From the NCBI GenBank assembly GCA_040767525.1, contig JAXGOJ010000001.1, positions 96,852 through 160,851 of the forward strand: a DNA stretch of 64,000 nt, in the 5' to 3' direction. The notes beneath the pieces are model-generated. The model had not been told where the DNA came from and ran no database searches. It saw nothing but the letters and a program-made list of their open reading frames with translations. Shown here piece by piece: positions 9,150 to 21,008 of the stretch; the first letter of the stretch is position 1, and every line of letters begins with the position of its first letter. The DNA is from Bacillota bacterium. GTDB lineage: Bacteria; Bacillota; Sulfobacillia; Fermentithermobacillales; Fermentithermobacillaceae. The translations under genes and the position numbers were made by a program.

Positions 9150-10037
9150 TTAAACCAAATTCTTGACCAGAGTTGCACGATCACCGGGTAGAAGATCAAC
9201 TGGGGGGATTTCTCCCATAACATAACACCCGGGTTCCAGGCGCATAGAGGCACGGGCCGCAGAAATCAGGATCTGGGCAGTAGCTGAAGGATTGGTAAGC
9301 CTCATCCTTAATTCGAGCAACTGATTATTGGCCGTACCTGAGCTGCCGATTCTTTCTACCTGCACACCGTGGCCGGTAACCCTGACTTTTTCCACATCCT
9401 CAACTTCGGTCACTCTTGTAACATCATGCACAAAATACGGGTCATCCTTAATCTTCCCGCTTATTTCATCGAAGTTGGCACCTTCTTCAAGCTCTATGTA
9501 AACATCCCGGTAGTGCTGTCCGTATCCTGTAGGAAGGGTCATAGAGATTGCATCTTTAACCCCGGGAATGGATTTTGCTGCCACACTATGTCCCATGCTC
9601 ATGCCCGGGCCAAAGTTCGTATAGGTAATGCCATGTGGCGCTATGGCCATGAATAACATGCGAATAACTGAGTCTGTGCCCGGATCCCATCCTGCACCGA
9701 TCACCGCAGTCCGGCCATTGTCTTTGGCATACTTGCTCAGTTTTTTCTTCAGCAAGAGCATCGAATCCCCATGAATATCGTAGCCATCGACTGTATTAAT
9801 CCCTTTGGCGAGATAGGCGGGGGCTACCGATGGAATCAGCCGGGAAGGAATGGTCAAAACAGCTACATCTACCTGGTTCAGCTCCTCAACCCGCCTGGTA
9901 AATCGAACTCCAGGGTTTTCAATGTTGCGAATCTCAACCACACCTGCAAGTTCCATGTCATTGGCCTGTCTTATACACTCTACCGCCTCTTTACCCACGT
10001 TGCCATAACCCACGACGCACACTCTGATTTTTTTCAT
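9150..10037 (-). CDS. ddh: meso-diaminopimelate D-dehydrogenase, Symbiobacterium-like type B
   Basis: VVGYGNVG, TVDGYDIHG, AGWDPGTDS, ITYTNFGPGMSMGHS, DPYF, GHGV..ER. It follows the S. thermophilum enzyme sequence as I recall it. Confidence 0.92.
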   Translation of the reverse strand: MKKIRVCVVGYGNVGKEAVECIRQANDMELAGVVEIRNIENPGVRFTRRVEELNQVDVAVLTIPSRLIPSVAPAYLAKGINTVDGYDIHGDSMLLLKKKLSKYAKDNGRTAVIGAGWDPGTDSVIRMLFMAIAPHGITYTNFGPGMSMGHSVAAKSIPGVKDAISMTLPTGYGQHYRDVYIELEEGANFDEISGKIKDDPYFVHDVTRVTEVEDVEKVRVTGHGVQVERIGSSGTANNQLLELRMRLTNPSATAQILISAARASMRLEPGCYVMGEIPPVDLLPGDRATLVKNLV

Positions 10038-10130
10038 GTCTAAGAACCTCCGAGTAGTTACTTTTCTTTGCAATTGCATTAACCTATCTATTGCCAAAAG
10101 CAAACATTCCAGGGTTCAGGATTTCTTTTC

Positions 10131-11204
10131 TTACTCACCCAATGAGGCTCTAATCACTACCTTTGCCAAATCAGGCACAAGATGAATCCACAATAACCCT
10201 TCCTCCAAACCCTCTCCATTATCGCCTATATGAAACTGGATGGGTTCTTTCAAAGATGGTTTACTCCAGGTTCCCTCACACATTACACCGTTTGAGAAAA
10301 ACAGGGCCTTTCCTTTCCCGGTAACATCCATGTCAACTTCTATGGCTTTTCCTTGGAGATATTCAGTATACACCTGCAAAAAGGCCAGGGTTTTGGGGGC
10401 GATTGATTCGCCCTTATCATTCACATGTTCCCGGCCGTTGATGAAGCGAATGTATCCTGAGTCTTCGTACCTATACTCAACCAGGTTAGGATACTTCGAA
10501 CTGTTAGAAAAGGCATACGAAACACCCAGGGCAGGTGTACCCTGTAATTCCCCGGTTGCGTAAAACTCAGGGTGAAAAGAGGCAAACCCTCGTCTGGAAG
10601 CGCCCTGTTCTATCTTAGTTATAGAAGTATACAAGTTGTCCGGGGCAGACCTGTCGTTGCTTCTCCAGAAGCATTCTCCGGCAGAATAAATCTCGTCCAG
10701 GCTCTTTGTTTTATGAGCCCTGATTATCTCAAAACTGTCTTCTGAGCCTCCACAATGGGCAAAAGGAATATCAAAGCCTACAGCTATTTGAACAAGAGGC
10801 TTTCTTGCGCTTCTCACAGGCCCGATCTTTTCCACTTTCTTATCAAACCCAGCCATAAGCCTGGTCATACCTCCCTCAGCAGGAACCTCAAAAACCACCG
10901 CCGCTTCAGAAAGGCCTGATTGAGGCCTGCCACTTGGGTTATTGCCAATACTAACCAAAAACATCCCCTCAAGAGCGTCTTCATCTGGCTCTTGAGGTTC
11001 GGCCGGGTCCGGAACAAGACTCGAGCCTGGATCCGCAGAAGGAGGCCCGGTGCTGTTGCGCCCTCGTGTGCAGCCTGAGAGGTAAAGAGAAAATAACATA
11101 AAGATCGCAAGGCTCAGGGCGGCAAAACCCATGACTTTTTTGCGATTACCTGCTTGAAGCAATCTTTGAGGCGAACTATCAGGACGCTTTGCTCTCATCA
11201 CCAT
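10131..11204 (-). CDS. DUF3048 domain protein, probable lipoprotein
   Basis: Lipobox-like LSGC, then GNNPSGRPQSGLSEA.VVFE.PAEGGMTR, IGPVRSAR and RSAPDNLY. Confidence 0.85.
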   Translation of the reverse strand: MVMRAKRPDSSPQRLLQAGNRKKVMGFAALSLAIFMLFSLYLSGCTRGRNSTGPPSADPGSSLVPDPAEPQEPDEDALEGMFLVSIGNNPSGRPQSGLSEAAVVFEVPAEGGMTRLMAGFDKKVEKIGPVRSARKPLVQIAVGFDIPFAHCGGSEDSFEIIRAHKTKSLDEIYSAGECFWRSNDRSAPDNLYTSITKIEQGASRRGFASFHPEFYATGELQGTPALGVSYAFSNSSKYPNLVEYRYEDSGYIRFINGREHVNDKGESIAPKTLAFLQVYTEYLQGKAIEVDMDVTGKGKALFFSNGVMCEGTWSKPSLKEPIQFHIGDNGEGLEEGLLWIHLVPDLAKVVIRASLGE

Positions 11205-11339
11205 AACAAAATCCCCTTTACTTAAATGCAAATAATATATGATTTGCCGGACATTGCTCTTTTCCTCTAAACCACCGGTTATTCCAAAAGACATGTCACT
11301 TACACAAAACCAAACATAGTGTTAGTAGAGGTGATTTTA

Positions 11340-12194
11340 GTGAAAACCTGGGGTATTGCTCTTGGTGCAGGGGGAATCCTTGGACTTGCCCACATCGGGG
11401 TTCTTGAAGCTCTTGAGTCTCACGGGCTCACACCCAATTTCTTAGCTGGAACAAGCGCGGGGGCAATAGTTGCCGGTGTGTGGGCTTCAGGCAAAACACC
11501 TGCTACTCTCAGAGATGAAGCCCGGCAATTGCTATTCGATGAACATGTGCCGTGGCTCCAATCCGGCGAATACCTGGTATTAAACCTCTCAAGTGCAATG
11601 GCTGTTTCGGGCCTATTGGACGGGCGTTGGTTAGAGACAATCATTGATAAGCTAACCGGCAATAAGAAACTTTCTGATATTCCAACCCACTTGTCTATCG
11701 TGTCTTGCGATCTGATATCAGGAGATACTGTGGTCTTTACTAATACAAAGTCTTATGATGTATCTTATAAGAGCAGGAGATACATCACTAATGCTTCTCT
11801 TTCTGTTGCCCTCCGGGCCAGTTCGTCTTTGCCGGGGGTTTTCGCCCCCAGGAAATTCGGCAAACATGAGCTGGTTGACGGAGGAGTCAAAGATATGGTG
11901 CCTGCATATGAAGTAAGAAGGATGGGTGCTCAGGAAGTACTTGCGGTGGATCTCGGTACCTATGCAGATCGCCCTCAAAAGGTTAAGGGGATACTTTCTG
12001 TACTTACAAGAAGTTTTAGCCTGTCTTCCCGAGAAAGAACGTTAAAACATCTTAAAAAACATGCTTCTATGACACTCCGACCTGAAGTCTGGGATATTGG
12101 CTTTCCTACACCATCGAAAATCAAGGAACTGATAGATTCCGGAAGGAATTGTGCAGAAGAAAACATGGAGCGTTGGCTTAATCTCATATCGTAA
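11340..12194 (+). CDS. Patatin-like phospholipase
   Basis: GAGGILG, GTSAG nucleophile elbow, DGG motif. Confidence 0.9.
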   Translation: MKTWGIALGAGGILGLAHIGVLEALESHGLTPNFLAGTSAGAIVAGVWASGKTPATLRDEARQLLFDEHVPWLQSGEYLVLNLSSAMAVSGLLDGRWLETIIDKLTGNKKLSDIPTHLSIVSCDLISGDTVVFTNTKSYDVSYKSRRYITNASLSVALRASSSLPGVFAPRKFGKHELVDGGVKDMVPAYEVRRMGAQEVLAVDLGTYADRPQKVKGILSVLTRSFSLSSRERTLKHLKKHASMTLRPEVWDIGFPTPSKIKELIDSGRNCAEENMERWLNLIS

Positions 12195-12256
12195 GAAAAA
12201 CATGACAGCTTCCAATCAAGACGGCTTGCACACAGGCTTCACAGGCTCAAAACCGG

Positions 12257-12285
12257 TTGACACCTGCCCAATGGAGAGGTATAGT
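12257..12285 (+). promoter_or_regulatory. SigmaA-type promoter of tRNA-Leu(GAG)
   Basis: TTGACA-N17-TATAGT. Confidence 0.7.
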
Positions 12286-12310
12286 ATAATTTGCTGATTT
12301 ACCGATGCGT

Positions 12311-12394
12311 GTCGGGATGGCGGAACAGGCAGGCGCGTACGTTTGAGGGCGTATGGGCAATCCCGTGCGGGTTCGATTCCCGCTCCCGACACCA
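12311..12394 (+). tRNA. tRNA-Leu(GAG); anticodon loop is 1 nt short as assembled
   Basis: Acceptor stem GTCGGGA/TCCCGAC, anticodon stem TACGT/GCGTA around TTGAGG (6 nt), GGTTCGATTCC, encoded CCA. Confidence 0.92.
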
Positions 12395-12560
12395 CTGATT
12401 TTAATCAGGTACCCCATTCATAACATTGGAGTAGACAGTATTCAACCCCGTAGTGTATCTAACATGCCATATATCATACGAAACACCAGCGGTTTTAAAT
12501 ATCAAACTCGACTTTGTGGTATAACATATAGTAATATTAGCAAAATGCCTATCCGGCCAC

Positions 12561-12848
12561 AGGCAATGACGGGGACGAGTAGATGGGAACTGGTATCAGA
12601 GAGCCGGCGCTTGGTGAAAAGCCTGCACTAAGCCCATTCGAATATCACCCCTGAGCCGGTAGGCCGAAAAACACAGTAAAAGCCAACCCGCCTTGCCCCC
12701 GTTAAAGGGCGTAAGAGTGAGCCGTCAGCCCGGTATACAGCTAAATGCTGAAATCAATCACCGCTGAAAACTCTGTCTACCGGCCGCGGCTAAAGTGGGT
12801 GGTACCACGGCAACTGTCGTCCCTTACCGGGGCGGTTTTTTATTTTGG
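12561..12848 (+). promoter_or_regulatory. T-box riboswitch (Ile specifier) upstream of ileS
   Basis: AGTA, AGAGA and GGTGAAA stem I motifs; specifier ATC at 12644-12646; T-box AAGTGGGTGGTACCACGG near 12793-12810; terminator cgtccct..ggggcggTTTTTT. Confidence 0.95.
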
Positions 12849-12879
12849 CCGGGCTTTTATAGAGTTGGAGGTGAGCGCC

Positions 12880-15800
12880 ATGGGAAACTTCAAACAAGTT
12901 GACCCAAAAAAGGTCGGTGATCGAAGTCGAAAACACCGTCCTTGACTACTGGAACTTGATATATCTGGCAAAAGCGTATCCATTCGGGAAGGAAAGCCAC
13001 AATTCGTATTTTATGAAGGCCCACCTACTGCCAATGGGCTTCCTGGTATCCATCACGTCTTGTCCCGAACCCTTAAGGATGTAGTCTGCCGCTACAAGAC
13101 CATGCAAGGCTACGGTTCGTCGAAAGGCAGGGTGGGATACCCACGGCCTCCCGGTGGAAATCGAGGTTGAAAAACGAGCTGGTATATCGTCCAAGCAGAA
13201 AATCGAAGATTACGGAATCGAACCTTTCAACAAGAAATGCCGCCAGTCTGTCTTCGCCTACGAAAAACAATGGCGGAACGCTCGAAAGAATAGCCTATTG
13301 GATAGATATGGATAACCCGTATGTAACTCTTGATAATGATTACGTTGAAACAGTGTGGTGGATTCTCAAGAAGTTCTTCGACGCAGGATTGATCTATGAA
13401 GGCCACAAGGTCATGCCATACTGCCCCCGTTGCGGTACTCCTCTTGCATCTCACGGGCCAGGGATACAAAAGAAGAGAGCGTGGATTCAATCTGTCAAAC
13501 TGAAAATCAAGGGCAAAGAGAACGAAAACCTTCTCATCTGGACAACTACACCCTGGACTTTGCCTTCGAACGTAGGAGTGGCTGTAAATCCTGACAATAC
13601 GTATGTCAGAGTCTCCTATGAAGGCCAGGTATATTATGTAGTCAAAGACCGGGCCATTGCTATTTTCGGCGAGAACCCCGAAATTCTTGAGGAGTTCTCC
13701 GGTAAGGAAATGGAGTTTCTCGAATATGAACAGTTGTTTCCTTTTGTGATACCTGATTCCAAAGCCTTTTTTGTGACATGTGCAGACTATGTTTCCACCG
13801 ACAATGGTACAGGCCTGGTTCACATTGCCCCTGCATATGGAGAAGATGACTACAGGGTCTGCCAGGAATACGGTTTACCCATGTTGCACCTTGTAGATGA
13901 GCGGGGCAAGTTCATAGATTCTGTCAGTGACTGGGCAGGCATGTTTGTCAAAGAGGCAGATAAGGAGATAACAAGAAAACTCCGTCGTGACGGTAAGCTG
14001 TTTGTGACTGAGCGGATTGTCCATTCTTACCCTCACTGCTGGAGATGTGACACACCGCTTTTGTATTACGCCAGAAAATCCTGGTATATTCAAACTACCA
14101 AGTTCCAGGACAGGTTGATTGCAAATAACAACAAAATAAAGTGGTTTCCGGAACACGTAGGCTCAGGCCGCTTTGGCAACTGGCTGGAAAACCTTGTAGA
14201 CTGGTCGCTTTCCCGTAACAGGTACTGGGGAACACCCCTTAACATCTGGAAATGTGAAGAATGTGGCAAGCTGCAATCTATAGGCTCCCGGGAAGAGTTA
14301 GCGAGGAGTGCCACTGAACCTGTTGACCTTGAAACTTTGGACCTTCACAGGCCTTACGTAGACAATATCTATCTTAGGTGTTCGTGCGGAGGTGCCATGA
14401 CAAGGACACCTGAAGTCATTGACTGCTGGTTCGATTCAGGTGCAATGCCTTACGCGCAGTGGCATTATCCCTTCGAACATAAAGATGATTTCCATGACCT
14501 TTTCCCTGCAGACTTCATTTGCGAAGGCCTGGACCAGACAAGAGGTTGGTTTTACTCACTTTTGGCCATATCAACATTCTTGTTTGACGAACCTGCTTTC
14601 AAGCAGGTTTTGGTCAACGATCTGGTTCTTGATAAACACGGACAGAAGATGTCCAAGTCCAAGGGGAATACAGTCAACCCCTGGGAACTCATAGATAAGT
14701 TCGGGGCTGATGCTTCAAGATGGTATCTTCTCGCAGTATCACCTCCCTGGGTTCCCACCAGGTTTGATGAAGATGGCGTGCGGGAAGTGGCCTCTCGTTT
14801 CTTCGGAACCCTTATCAACGTATATTCTTTTTTCACTATGTATGCCAACATCGATAAACTGGACCCGGCTGAAATTGATATTCAGGTTAAGGATAGGCCC
14901 GAAATAGATCGCTGGATTATCTCCCGCCTTAACACATTGGTTAAGACGGTTAATGAAAATATGCCTGGGTACGAGCTCACAAAAATCGTAAGGAGCATTG
15001 GGACATTTCTTGTTGATGAAGTAAGCAATTGGTACGTCAGGAGAAGCCGTGAACGGTTCTGGTCCAACGATTTTGATTTGGATAAGAAATCAGCATACCG
15101 TACACTTTATGAAGTGCTATTGGCCTTGTCCAAACTCATGGCCCCTTTTGCACCCTTTATCTCGGAAGATATCTACCTGAACCTTACCATGGGGAAGGCC
15201 ATGGAATCAGTGCACTTTGAAACCTATCCTGAAGCCAATAAGGCTTTAATAGACTCTGAACTCGAAGAAAGAATGGGCCTTGTCATCACTCTGGTGTCTC
15301 TGGGCAGATCCATAAGGAATAAGGTGCAGATCAAAGTAAGGCAGCCTTTGCGAAAAATAATGGTAAACAAGAAGCATCAGGGAGTATTGGGAAGTATGGA
15401 GGAGTTGGTAAAAGAAGAACTCAACGTCAAAGAAGTGGCCTACGTGAGTACTATGAGTGACTACGTATCTTACGAAGTGAGAGCAAATCTTCCTGTAGCA
15501 GGCCCAAAATACGGAAAGAATCTCAGGGCAATCATAGGAGCTTTGGGCCGTATAGATACTTCTGAGATAGCCAGAATAGTTGAAACCCGGAGCACATTCC
15601 CGGTTACAATTGATGGCAGGCAGGTGGAACTTGATAAGGAAGACATTGATATCAGGATTAAAGGCAGGGAAGGTTTCTCAGTGGAGGTTGAAAATGATAC
15701 TTTTGTGATCCTTGATGCAGAAATTGACCAGGAACTCGCCTGGGAAGGTATTGCAAGAGAGATAGTGTCAAAAGTACAGACTATGCGAAAAAACAGTGGG

Positions 15801-16001
15801 TTCGACGTAACAGACCACATCAATATGGTCATTTCGAGCAACAAGGCCGTTTTGGAATCTATTAAAAGACACGTTGATTACATTAAGGGCGATACCCTCT
15901 GCGACAACCTTGAATTGACGCCTCTTGTAATTGAAAGCGGCGATACATGGAATATTAACGGCCACAAAGCCATTATCCGGATCGAACGTGTAGTCTTGTA
16001 A
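12880..16001 (+). CDS. ileS: Isoleucine--tRNA ligase, type 2 (several indels in the first 600 nt)
   Basis: [16 protein letters not shown] (frame-corrected), [54 protein letters not shown], and an IleRS2-type C-terminus without the Zn finger. Ile T-box upstream. Confidence 0.96.
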
Positions 16002-16021
16002 CCAGGGAGAATCACAGAGCA

Positions 16022-16047
16022 GGGGAGCCATGAAAAGACGGCTCCCC
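16022..16047 (+). terminator. Hairpin after ileS
   Basis: ggggagcc / ggctcccc perfect 8-bp stem, 10-nt loop, weak U tract. Confidence 0.6.
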
Positions 16048-16078
16048 AATTGGTTTCCTTGAAAACTTTGAATACCCC

Positions 16079-16108
16079 TTGACGTCCATCCTTATCTTGC
16101 ATTATCAT
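16079..16108 (+). promoter_or_regulatory. SigmaA-type promoter of the pyr operon
   Basis: TTGACG-N18-TATCAT just upstream of the PyrR loop. Confidence 0.5.
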
Positions 16109-16132
16109 TCCTCTGGACAAGTCAATAGTGCC

Positions 16133-16228
16133 CGTCCTTTAATTTGGCCCGGCGAGGCAAAAAGGAGGCGAACCCTGATGAAAAGACGCTCTGTAGGATA
16201 GCAAGCCTGGCAGAGTCTTTTTCATTTT
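16133..16228 (+). promoter_or_regulatory. PyrR-binding loop and attenuator
   Basis: CCTTTAATTTGGCCCGGCGAGGCAAAAAGGA resembles the PyrR binding loop consensus. It is followed by the terminator aagacgctctgtagg..cctggcagagtcTTTTT. Confidence 0.85.
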
Positions 16229-16260
16229 ATGAATCTTTTTATGTCCAGGGGGATACTTAA

Positions 16261-16864
<604 letters not shown>

Positions 16865-16970
16865 TTTATCCAATCAGACATACAGTTAAAGGCAAAACAC
16901 CCCGGTCCCATGGACACAGTATGAGCATAGAAACCAGAACCAATTTTGACTTAACAGGAGGGTCATAGAT

Positions 16971-17894
16971 TTGTCGCTTCGAGGAAAAGACCTTCTATCT
17001 CTGCGAGAACTAACGGCAGAGAACATGGAATCGGTACTTTCAACGGCCCGCTCCCTGAAAGAGATTCTCTCACGTCCAATCAAGAAAGTTCCAACCCTGC
17101 GTGGAAAAGTAATATGCACCCTGTTCTACGAACCGTCTACCAGGACTAAGACATCCTTTGAACTTGCGGCAAGGTACATGTCTGCAGACACTGTCTCTAT
17201 TTCCGCGGCTACCTCATCAGTGAAAAAAGGTGAAACCCTTGCAGATACTGCCCGAAACCTGGAAATGATGGGAGTAGACTTGGTGATAATGAGACATAAC
17301 GTCTCGGGATCATGCCACTTCCTTTCAAGAGTGCTTGACATACCTGTTATAAATGCGGGAGACGGTATGCATGAACATCCCACCCAGGGCCTTTTGGACA
17401 TATTCACCATGCTGAACTATAAAGCCGGCATCAGAGGGCTGAAAGTGGCAATACTAGGGGATATCGCGCACTCAAGAGTTGCCCGTTCAAACATTTTCGG
17501 CCTTACCAAGATGGGTGCGAAAGTATCTGTGGCAGGCCCCTCAACTCTGCTTCCTCCGGAGATCGAATCATTAGGTGTAAAAGCATATGCAAGGCCGGAA
17601 GAAGCTTTGGAAGGGGCAGACGTAGTCTATGTTCTCAGGTTGCAGCTGGAGCGCCAGGCCAACAGCCTGTTTCCGTCCAGACGAGAGTATCGTGACTTTT
17701 TCGGCCTTGACAGGCAAAAACTCAGTTACGCAAAAGATGATGCCATAATCATGCACCCGGGCCCAATGAACCGGGGAGTGGAGATAGCCACAGATGTTGC
17801 CGACTCAACAAAATCAGTCATATTAGACCAGGTAACCAGCGGAGTGGCTGTGAGAATGGCAGTTCTTTATCTCATCCTGGGAGGCAGAGAGTGA
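16971..17894 (+). CDS. pyrB: Aspartate carbamoyltransferase catalytic subunit
   Basis: [55 protein letters not shown]. Confidence 0.97.
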   Translation: MSLRGKDLLSLRELTAENMESVLSTARSLKEILSRPIKKVPTLRGKVICTLFYEPSTRTKTSFELAARYMSADTVSISAATSSVKKGETLADTARNLEMMGVDLVIMRHNVSGSCHFLSRVLDIPVINAGDGMHEHPTQGLLDIFTMLNYKAGIRGLKVAILGDIAHSRVARSNIFGLTKMGAKVSVAGPSTLLPPEIESLGVKAYARPEEALEGADVVYVLRLQLERQANSLFPSRREYRDFFGLDRQKLSYAKDDAIIMHPGPMNRGVEIATDVADSTKSVILDQVTSGVAVRMAVLYLILGGRE

Positions 17895-19198
17895 TGGCAC
17901 AAAACCTACTTATCAAGGGGGGAAGGGTAATAGACCCCTCGGCACAAACTGATGAGAATCTCGATGTGCTGATACTAGATGGAAATGTTTTTAGAGTTGC
18001 AGAAAACATAACCCCTGAAGAAGACATACGGATCCTTGATGCATCTGACAAAATTGTAATGCCGGGATTCATCGATATGCATGTGCACCTTCGTGAACCC
18101 GGATTTGAATACAAGGAAGATATAGAAAGCGGCACTAAAGCTGCAGCAATGGGCGGTTTTACCGCGGTCGCATGTATGCCGAATACTGAACCTGCATGCG
18201 ATAATGATTCAGTGGTATCCAAAATTATGGAAAGAGCCAGGAAGGCCGGCCGGGTACGCGTATACCCGATTGGTACAGTGACCAAAGACAGGGCGGGAAA
18301 AGAGCTCGCTGAGATGGGTGAAATGAAGGCGGCAGGAGCAGTTGCTTTTTCTGACGACGGTTCTGCCGTAGCCAATGCTGAACTCTTGCGTTGCGCCCTT
18401 GAATACCTGAAGTCTTTCGATGCTGTGCTCATAGATCACCCAGAAGAAGAATCCCTTTCAAAAGAAGGGCAGATTAATTATGGCCTTGTTTCAACAATGT
18501 CCGGCTTAAGAGGAGTACCGGGAGAATCTGAGGAAATAATAGTAGCCCGAGATATTCTCATAACCAGGCTCACCGGTGGCCGGCTTCATCTTGCCCATAT
18601 TTCAACCAGGAATTCAGTAGACCTGATAAGGCAGGCAAAAGCCAGAGGAATTGACGTTACATGTGAAGTTACACCTCACCATCTTGTACTGACAGAAGAA
18701 ATGATTCTTGAAACAGGGTATGATACCAACACAAAAGTCAATCCACCTCTTAGGACAAGAGAAGATGTGGAAGCCCTTCAAAGAGCCCTCGCCGACGGTA
18801 CCATAGACGCCATAGCCAGTGACCATGCGCCTCACCATATTGACGATAAATGGGTGGAATACGATTATGCTGACTTTGGCATTAGCGGCCTGGAAACAGC
18901 GGTGGGGCTGGTAATAGACAAATTGGTTGCGCCAGGGCTGATTGATTGGATGAAAATGGCCGAAACCATGAGTTTGAATCCTGCAAGAATCCTGGGGGTG
19001 CCAGGAGGATCCCTCAAAGAGGGGGCTACGGCAGACATAACCATCATAGATCCTGGCTGGGAGTATTCAGTGGACCCCAGGCACTTCATGTCGAAAGGCA
19101 AAAACACCCCGTTTGCGGGCTGGCGGCTCAGAGGAGGAGCCTATGCAACTATTGTCGGTGGTAGAGTCATCATGAAAGATGGGAGATTGGCCATATGA
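17891..19198 (+). CDS. pyrC: Dihydroorotase
   Basis: [49 protein letters not shown]. Confidence 0.96.
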   Translation: MMAQNLLIKGGRVIDPSAQTDENLDVLILDGNVFRVAENITPEEDIRILDASDKIVMPGFIDMHVHLREPGFEYKEDIESGTKAAAMGGFTAVACMPNTEPACDNDSVVSKIMERARKAGRVRVYPIGTVTKDRAGKELAEMGEMKAAGAVAFSDDGSAVANAELLRCALEYLKSFDAVLIDHPEEESLSKEGQINYGLVSTMSGLRGVPGESEEIIVARDILITRLTGGRLHLAHISTRNSVDLIRQAKARGIDVTCEVTPHHLVLTEEMILETGYDTNTKVNPPLRTREDVEALQRALADGTIDAIASDHAPHHIDDKWVEYDYADFGISGLETAVGLVIDKLVAPGLIDWMKMAETMSLNPARILGVPGGSLKEGATADITIIDPGWEYSVDPRHFMSKGKNTPFAGWRLRGGAYATIVGGRVIMKDGRLAI

Positions 19199-20025
19199 CT
19201 TCCAGGGAAATAGCCGACGTAAGAGCCAGAGTAATCTCTGTGAGCAGTGAGCGGGGCGAAGTATACAAGGCATTGTTGTATGCCCCTGAGATTGCCGGCC
19301 AGGCGAAACCTATGCAGTTCGTGAATGTAATGGTAAGAGACTCAGGAGATCCCCTGTTGAGACGACCTTTCAGCATATCGGCAATAGATCCCGGGGGTGG
19401 AACCATTGAAATAACATGGGCTGTGGTTGGACGGGGAACCAAAATAATGTCTCAATGGTGTCCGGGGCAAAGTGTAAGAATCCTGGGGCCACTGGGAAAC
19501 GGCATTGATTTGGCAGGCTTTGATAGCATACACGAACTTATCCTTGTAGCCGGCGGGACAGGCCTTGCGCCCCTCATTCCTCTGGCAACGGCAGCCCTGG
19601 AAAAGAAAACAGGCGTAAAACTTTTCTATGGAGCAAAGTCGGCCAAAGACCTCCTGGATACAATCGGGTTGAGAGACAAAGGCTGCCGGGTATACCTGGT
19701 AACTGAAGACGGCAGTGAAGGTGTTAAGGGGTTGGCCACGGACTTGCTCAACAAGCACTTAGATGATGTTGTCAGGAATGGGCACTCCCAAAATAAGGTG
19801 ATTGCAGTTGCCTGCGGGCCAAAGCCTATGCTAAACCATGTTAAGCAAACCTTGCGCAATGGCGACATTCCCCTTTTTGTTTCTCTTGAAGAACGCATGG
19901 CCTGTGGTTACGGGCTGTGCAAAGGTTGCGCCACCAGGCCTTCCGGCCCCGGGCAAGGGTATTATCATGTATGTACAGATGGCCCTGTGTTTCTCGCAGA
20001 CGATGTTGACCTGGAGAGTGAATAA
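19195..20025 (+). CDS. pyrK: Dihydroorotate dehydrogenase electron transfer subunit
   Basis: [52 protein letters not shown] (2Fe-2S). Confidence 0.95.
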   Translation: MTSREIADVRARVISVSSERGEVYKALLYAPEIAGQAKPMQFVNVMVRDSGDPLLRRPFSISAIDPGGGTIEITWAVVGRGTKIMSQWCPGQSVRILGPLGNGIDLAGFDSIHELILVAGGTGLAPLIPLATAALEKKTGVKLFYGAKSAKDLLDTIGLRDKGCRVYLVTEDGSEGVKGLATDLLNKHLDDVVRNGHSQNKVIAVACGPKPMLNHVKQTLRNGDIPLFVSLEERMACGYGLCKGCATRPSGPGQGYYHVCTDGPVFLADDVDLESE

Positions 20026-20026
20026 A

Positions 20027-20942
20027 ATGGATCTGTCGGTAAATCTAGGCGGCCTTAATATCAATAACCCTGTAATTGCAGCTTCAGGCACATTCGGGTA
20101 CGGGGAGGAATACGCCAGGGCAGCAGATATAAGCTGGTTTGGTGCTGTTACTGTGAAAGGGACTACCCTACACCCGAGGAAGGAAATCCGCCCCTAGAAC
20201 CTGCGAAACCCCTTCCGGGCTATTAAACTCAATAGGGCTCGAAAATCCGGGTGCTAGGGATGTAATCGACAATAGGCTCCCCTGGCTGGCGCGGTTCGGT
20301 GTTCCCATCATAGTGAACATATCCGCTGACTCGTATGATGACTTTGCTGAGCTTGCCGGCATGTTTGCTGATTCTCCACATGTATCTGCTATAGAAGTCA
20401 ATGTTTCATGCCCAAATGTGAAGGCAGGCAGTATGGCCTTTGGGACTGACCCCAGGTCATGCTACAGGGCAACCAGGGCAGTGAGGCGTGCCTGGAACGG
20501 CCCTCTCATAGTAAAACTCACTCCCAACGTACAGGACATATCTCAAGTTGCAAGAGCGGCTACAGAAGGCGGGGCAGATGTCCTTTCTTTGATTAACACT
20601 TTGGTCGGAATGGCCATAGATATCAAGTCCAGAAAGCCCGTGCTGGGCAATGTAAAAGGAGGCCTGTCAGGGCCTGCTATCAAACCGGTGGCTCTTAGGT
20701 GCGTTTGGGAGGTTTCTCAAGCTGTCTCGGTACCGGTAATAGGTATGGGCGGAGTGTCTGATTACCGGGATGCCCTCGAATTTGTTATGGCGGGGGCATC
20801 GGCTGTGGCTCTTGGAACTGCAATATTAGTTGACCCTGCCGCTCCAAGAAAGATAGTGGGAGGGCTCAAGGAATATTGTTCTGAAGAAGGCATTGATACT
20901 CTGGAAAGCCTTGTGGGAACCGCCTGGAAATCCGGCTCCTGA
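20027..20942 (+). CDS. pyrD: Dihydroorotate dehydrogenase family 1B (frameshifts near 20180-20200)
   Basis: [56 protein letters not shown]. Confidence 0.94.
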
Positions 20943-21008
20943 ATTGTTTGGGGGGTTGTTATTACCGGATTTGACTACAGGGCGGCTTGATAAGCCCGGG
21001 AAACGACT

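Noticed and set aside
12228-12250. Short direct repeat cacaggct x2
   Set aside because: Only two 8-nt copies with a 1-nt spacer, which is within chance and not CRISPR-like.
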